This document shows positions 35,455 to 39,411 of a stretch of DNA of 39,411 nt, piece after piece (position 1 is the stretch's first letter; each line of letters starts with the position of its first letter). A program made the translations under genes and the position numbers. The notes beneath the pieces were generated by a model. That model had not been told where the DNA came from. It saw only the letters and a list, made by a program, of their open reading frames with translations, and did no database searches. Location of the stretch: positions 120,041,575 through 120,080,985 of the forward strand of contig NC_068982.1 of the NCBI RefSeq assembly GCF_001194135.2. The letters are read 5' to 3'. The stretch is from Octopus bimaculoides (Eukaryota).

Positions 35455-35695
35455 ATATAAGGTCGTGAGTTTGATCTCCGGTGGCACTTTGTGTTCTCAA
35501 GCAAGACATTTTATTTCACTTTACTCCGCTCTACGTAGCTGGCAAAAATGAGCTGTAGCTGTAATTCAAAGGAACAGCTTTGTCGCATTCTGAATCAAGC
35601 TTAATTTACCTGAGAACTACGTTAAGGGCACGCGTATCTGTTTATTTCACGAGCCAGCTGGATCGTTCCTCGCCATAACTGATGGAGTGCCAATC
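35455..35695 (+). mobile_element. Second CORE-like SINE (different body)
   Basis: aggtcgtgagtttgatctcc (B-box-like) followed by tgtgttctcaagcaagacattttatttcac (core). Confidence 0.65.
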
Positions 35696-36399
35696 CATAT
35701 ATGTGTGCGTGCGTGTGTGTGTGTGTGTGTCTGTGTGTTTGTGTGTGTGTGTGTGTGTGTGTATGTGTGTGTGTGTGTGTGTGTGTATACATATGCATAT
35801 ATACATTTTTCTTCAAGAGTGTATTATTTTCGTTCATTTTAGTTTTCACTCATTGTTGTTTTCTGTGTTTTTTATACTATTTTACATCGTTTCTGGGCCT
35901 CTTTTCCGGAAATATATATCATACACTAAAGCTACAAAAACTAAGCAATATTTCTTGGAATCTAGGGACAATATCGTCTTTTGCTCGCAGTAACAATCCT
36001 TTAAACCGTGCCAACACAGAAGTTTTATTACATTTATTTTCGCTCTCTATTTACTGGTATTGATGATTTTATTTTAAATGCTTTGTTATTTCTCTTTGCT
36101 GAGATTTTTCATTTGGATCGATAGTGGTTGGACTTTACTGTTGTATCTATTCATTGTAACATTAGTGTTTTTATTGCTATTGTTATATTATCGATATAGT
36201 TTGCTTTTATTATTACTATTTTTATTATTATTACTACTGTTACTATTTTTATTGCCATCTTTATTGGTATTGTTGTTTTTGTTGTTATTTTTGTTACTGA
36301 GGCTCTTGTTTGCTGCTAACGAAAATGTTTCACAGATGTTTTCTTAGACGAGATTTTCTCGAAGCTTTACTTGATGAAAAAATCTTTTGCTAGCAAAGT

Positions 36400-37500
36400 G
36401 TTTCGGAATATTTAAGCAAGCACGCAGTTACCTAGAGTGGGAAAAAAGATTGTTTAAAAATTGCTTTTAGCTATGTATTAATTTTTGTACGTAACAATTT
36501 TTAATATTTACTCTTGATCCATAATTGACAGTTCTGTAATACAGATATGTGATGAAGACCACATTGTCAATATCAGTAAACACGCTCACCGAATTTTTGA
36601 AATCACAAAGACACAAGTAAAAAAAAGGGTTAAAAGCAGAAAATATACAGATGCATTCGTGACACAATACAGTCTGGGTGGAAACTTGAAGGGGACCTAC
36701 AGCAACATGTGATTAGCTGAGGTCTCCAAAACCAACCAGTTACTCATGACCCCAAGTACACAAAGTTTTGAAGGAGATGGGGAAGCGAATAGGCAAGCAA
36801 CCAAAACTGGTGATATTAGTGGGGCGAAGCACAGTTGCGATACGTGATAGCAAATACCACGTGATGGTCTTCTTGTCTACTCTAGGCACAAGGCCCGGAA
36901 TTTTGGGGGGGAGGGGTCAGTACGCAACTGGTACTTAATTTATCGACCCCGAAACAATAAAAGGCAAAGTCGACCTCGGTGGAATTTGAACTCAGAACGT
37001 AAAGATAGAGGAAATATCGCTAAACATTTCGTCCGGTATGCTAACGTTTCTGCCAGCTCGCCGCCTTACGTGATGGTTTTCTGCTCGAACAAAAAGAAGC
37101 AAAATGTAAAAGTCAAAACGACAGGTGGCAGTAACAGAGGCGGGGCCAACAGCTGTCTCAAGAGGGAAAATCTATTGTTGTTGCTAACGGAGCTCAAGAA
37201 CGTGACAGGCCACAGTACTGAAGAAGGTTTGATGTAAGTAGAGTCTTCAAATTCTCGGTACCACTAGTACCAGAAAATGAAACGGATCTTTTCCTGTACA
37301 GGATCATTTAGAGACTCTTAGCAAATTTTTCAAAGCTAAGATATCAAGAATGAGACAAATAGATTCAAGAAACGGTGCAAATTCGTCGAGGGTAGGAAAA
37401 AGGAAAACAGACCAACAAGAAATTATCCTGGATAAAGGTGTTTAGAAAGAGGGAAGCTGCTCTTGCAGAAGTTCTCTTCTCTTGTCCGTCAGTCTTTATC
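36400..37500 (+). mobile_element. Old RTE/BovB-type LINE remnant (end of endonuclease to start of RT), interrupted by a SINE
   Basis: Successive degenerate motifs CDEDHIVNISKHAHRI...QVKKRVK (cf. C.TDH.L.ISK...I...Q.KK..K), LLEQKEAKCKSQND, QDHLETL and GKGK...IKVFRKREAALAEVLFS (cf. GKA.G.D.IP.EVYK.GG..L.E.L). Recognised by eye. Confidence 0.55.
36876..37066 (-). mobile_element. tRNA-derived SINE with 15-bp target-site duplication
   Basis: Minus strand reads ggcggcgagctggcagaaacgttagc...gagttcaaattcc (B box)...gtcgactttgcctttt...cggggtcgataaattaagtaccagttg. Flanks acgtgatggtcttct (36859-36873) and acgtgatggttttct (37068-37082) match at 14/15. Confidence 0.92.
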
Positions 37501-38299
37501 GTGTATAACTGTCTGTGTGCGCGCACGCCTGTTTGTATGTGTGTGTGTGTGTCTGTGTGTCTGTGTGTTTCTGTGAGTTTATGTCTGTGGACGATTGTAC
37601 GAGTGTGTATATATGTACACACACCGAGACAGAGAAAGAATTATTGAAAATATTACTGTTTTCATTGTTAATACATGTTTTTTTACTGTTTGCATTTGAA
37701 TTCAAAAGTACTATGTTGTGACAGCCTCAACTTCTGGATGGAGGGAAATTGCTTTTATGATAGTACTTACAAGTTTTAGTTTTAATTTATATGGGGGAAA
37801 AAAATTGACATTTACTTCAAAATGCCATTATCAACGATTTAAAAATTTTTTAACCGCTCACTACATTGTTCATTTATTTATCTATTTATCTATTTATTTA
37901 TTTATTCATGGATTCATAGAGTAACGTGCTAACTTTGTAGAAATTCAATATTTCCATATTTATACTGATATTTTTCAGAATCTTAATTTTCACAGAGGCA
38001 ATATATATAGTTGTTGTTACTATAGGTGTGAGCATGCTTATGGGTATACATTTGTATATTCACATTTACATGCATATGTGTGTGATTGTGTGTGCATGTA
38101 AATGCGTTGTATATGCTTGTCTGTCCGTCTGTATGTATGTATGTATGTATATAAGTATGTCTGTATACACACACATATATATGTGTATGTATATATGTGC
38201 TTGTGCATGTATGTATGTATATATCAATCTATCTCTCTATCTCTCTATATATATATAAGTTCAAAAAAGGAAAAGACAAAAAAACAACAACAAAAAACA

Positions 38300-38570
38300 A
38301 CAACGTGAGGACGTGATACAGATTGTGTTACTAGACGCTCGGGAAAGGAAAGAAAGAGAATATGACGTTTCGAGCGAAGCTCTTAGTCGGAAACAAAGAA
38401 AGTCCAAAGAAAGGAAAAAACGGAAGAAGAAAAATCGCCACCGATATCCACGATGTTATATTGTGGAAGGACCGGAAGGGAAAGGGTGGAGGAAAAGTTC
38501 TTTCTAAGACAGGAGAGTGCAAGAGGGAGGGAAGTATGTGCGCGTTCGCGCGGGTCCGTGTGTGCGTCTG
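38300..38570. promoter_or_regulatory. CpG-rich non-repetitive segment, possible promoter / 5' UTR
   Basis: Locally many CpGs (gcgcgttcgcgcgggtccg), an ETS-like ACCGGAAG at 38471-38478 and strong purine/pyrimidine strand bias. No TE motif recognised. Confidence 0.25.
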
Positions 38571-38593
38571 TGTAATAACAGAACGTGTGTGTA

Positions 38594-38716
<123 letters not shown>

Positions 38717-39020
38717 GTCGTTGTGGAAGGAATTAGTAGCAGGAATAATTTCGGAGTGGTTGTGGACACTGGTGAGTAGAAAGTGAGCAGGCAGTTTTTG
38801 AGTATCTGTGTGTGCAGTTATAACATCTCACGAAGAAATAGAGTAGTAACCTATATTAAGCACACGTACAGGCAATGTCCTCATGGAGGAAGAAGTTAGC
38901 CAATGTACAGCACAAAGATTTGATCACTATAAACAAGTAATTTTATGCAGGTTCAACAAGAGATTGCAAAACTGGTTTCCTCGGTCTACGAGAGTCTACC
39001 ATCATCTCATATATGCATGC

Positions 39021-39039
39021 ATGTATGTATGTATGTATG

Positions 39040-39068
<29 letters not shown>
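39021..39068. repeat. (ATGT)n microsatellite
   Basis: Seen directly. Confidence 0.95.
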
Positions 39069-39070
<2 letters not shown>

Positions 39071-39411
39071 GTATGCATGTATGTATGTATACTTGTGTGT
39101 TGGAATCCAAGTGTCTTGAAGACTGTAATGAAAAACGGAAGTTGGCTGGTTAAGTATCATCGTGCTATTATTTATGATACATTCATTTTTCTCATAATAA
39201 CAAATGCATTTACCTTGTCAGTATTTGATATAACCGTATCTTGAGAAGACGCTTCAACTGTATTAATTTATGTTTCTTGGTCTCATTTCAAGATAGGTTT
39301 TCAACTTTATCATATTCCGTTATATGAATTTACACTAATTATATATGTTTGCTATATATACATGGATACGTATATACATTTAAACATATATACATGCATA
39401 TATATATATAT

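Noticed and set aside
36545-36847. About 100-codon plus frame with one in-frame TGA (36710-36712) after a good acceptor, including Y...F-X6-GG spacing like the MACPF signature; considered as selenoprotein or MACPF exon
   Set aside because: Better explained as the RTE endonuclease/linker remnant, because RTE-like motifs continue colinearly past the SINE to 37.5 kb. The MACPF G-T/S-H residues are absent.
38364-38390. Hammerhead-like motif on the minus strand (CCGACUA A GAGC-uuc-GCUC GAAAC GUC)
   Set aside because: Two core mismatches versus CUGANGA and no stem I pairing.

Overview
This is a repeat-saturated, AT-rich eukaryotic window with 7 assembly gaps (about 2,960 N). The SINE, LINE and microsatellite repertoire looks octopus/cephalopod-like, which is an inference from family resemblance. 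No intact host gene, RNA gene or CRISPR array can be supported, and almost all ORF-track entries are microsatellite or N-run artefacts. The recognisable content is transposon-derived: (1) two decayed RTE/BovB-type LINEs; (2) an internally deleted Helitron with 23-aa STPR-like repeats, Rep and PIF1 helicase; (3) an ORF1/gag-like sequence with a CCHC knuckle and no ORF2; (4) four R4/Dong-type LINE pieces, three directly downstream of (AAT)n tracts; (5) mariner remnants, including an 830-bp element whose right arm is an inverted copy of its own 5' end; (6) a piggyBac-type MITE; (7) many tRNA-derived SINEs. The most interesting spot is 32.3-32.56 kb, where a perfect 30-bp inverted repeat of a tRNA-derived SINE head runs directly into a minimal type-I hammerhead ribozyme motif of the Penelope-associated kind. 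Two small minus-strand exon candidates and a CpG-rich segment near 38.4 kb may hint at a host gene with very long introns, but this is weak. Element boundaries are approximate unless termini are quoted.
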